This document shows, one piece after another, positions 63,976-64,000 of a stretch of DNA of 64,000 bases (the stretch's first letter is position 1; each line of letters begins with the position of its first letter). The notes below the pieces were generated by a model that was not told the DNA's origin, did not search any database, and worked only from the letters and a program-made list of their open reading frames with translations. Source of the DNA: Gammaproteobacteria bacterium. Its GTDB lineage: Bacteria > Pseudomonadota > Gammaproteobacteria > Eutrophobiales > Eutrophobiaceae. Both the position numbers and the translations under genes were made by a program. Where the stretch lies: the NCBI GenBank assembly GCA_965222155.1, contig CBDCTH010000004.1, positions 320,001-384,000 on the forward strand, read 5' to 3'.

Positions 63976-64000
63976 GGTAGCAGCACGCTGTCCCCGTAGC

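Overview
Gammaproteobacterial chromosome segment (GC-rich backbone). Left backbone: add, HAD hydrolase, yyaL-like gene, tRNA-Arg, a TA pair, lgt-thyA. Right backbone: folA, apaH/apaG, comM, ubiK, torF-glnK-amtB-glnK-amtB, aroE, TRAP dctQM, rsmA, pdxA, surA. The main feature is a ~38-39 kb AT-richer integrative element inserted in the active-site motif of the host thymidylate synthase gene (..DVFLGV | PFNIASY..). The thyA 5' half ends at 7207. Two diverged 3' halves start at 45013 and 46372, each preceded by a copy of the element's right end, and either join restores a 264-codon ThyA. The element carries its own complete, distantly related thyA, which differs at exactly the target motif (GLAWN instead of GVPFN) and lies directly upstream of a four-gene tyrosine-recombinase module. 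Cargo includes a plasmid-type RepA, a type I R-M remnant, a doubly inactivated nuclease-STAND-HEAT defence-like gene, nested IS debris and a probable hydroxyproline/imino-acid catabolic cluster. Backbone intergenic regions hold REP-like elements and perfect or near-perfect tandem arrays (47 bp x ~16; 27 bp x ~19). All calls are by eye from motifs; no database searches were run.
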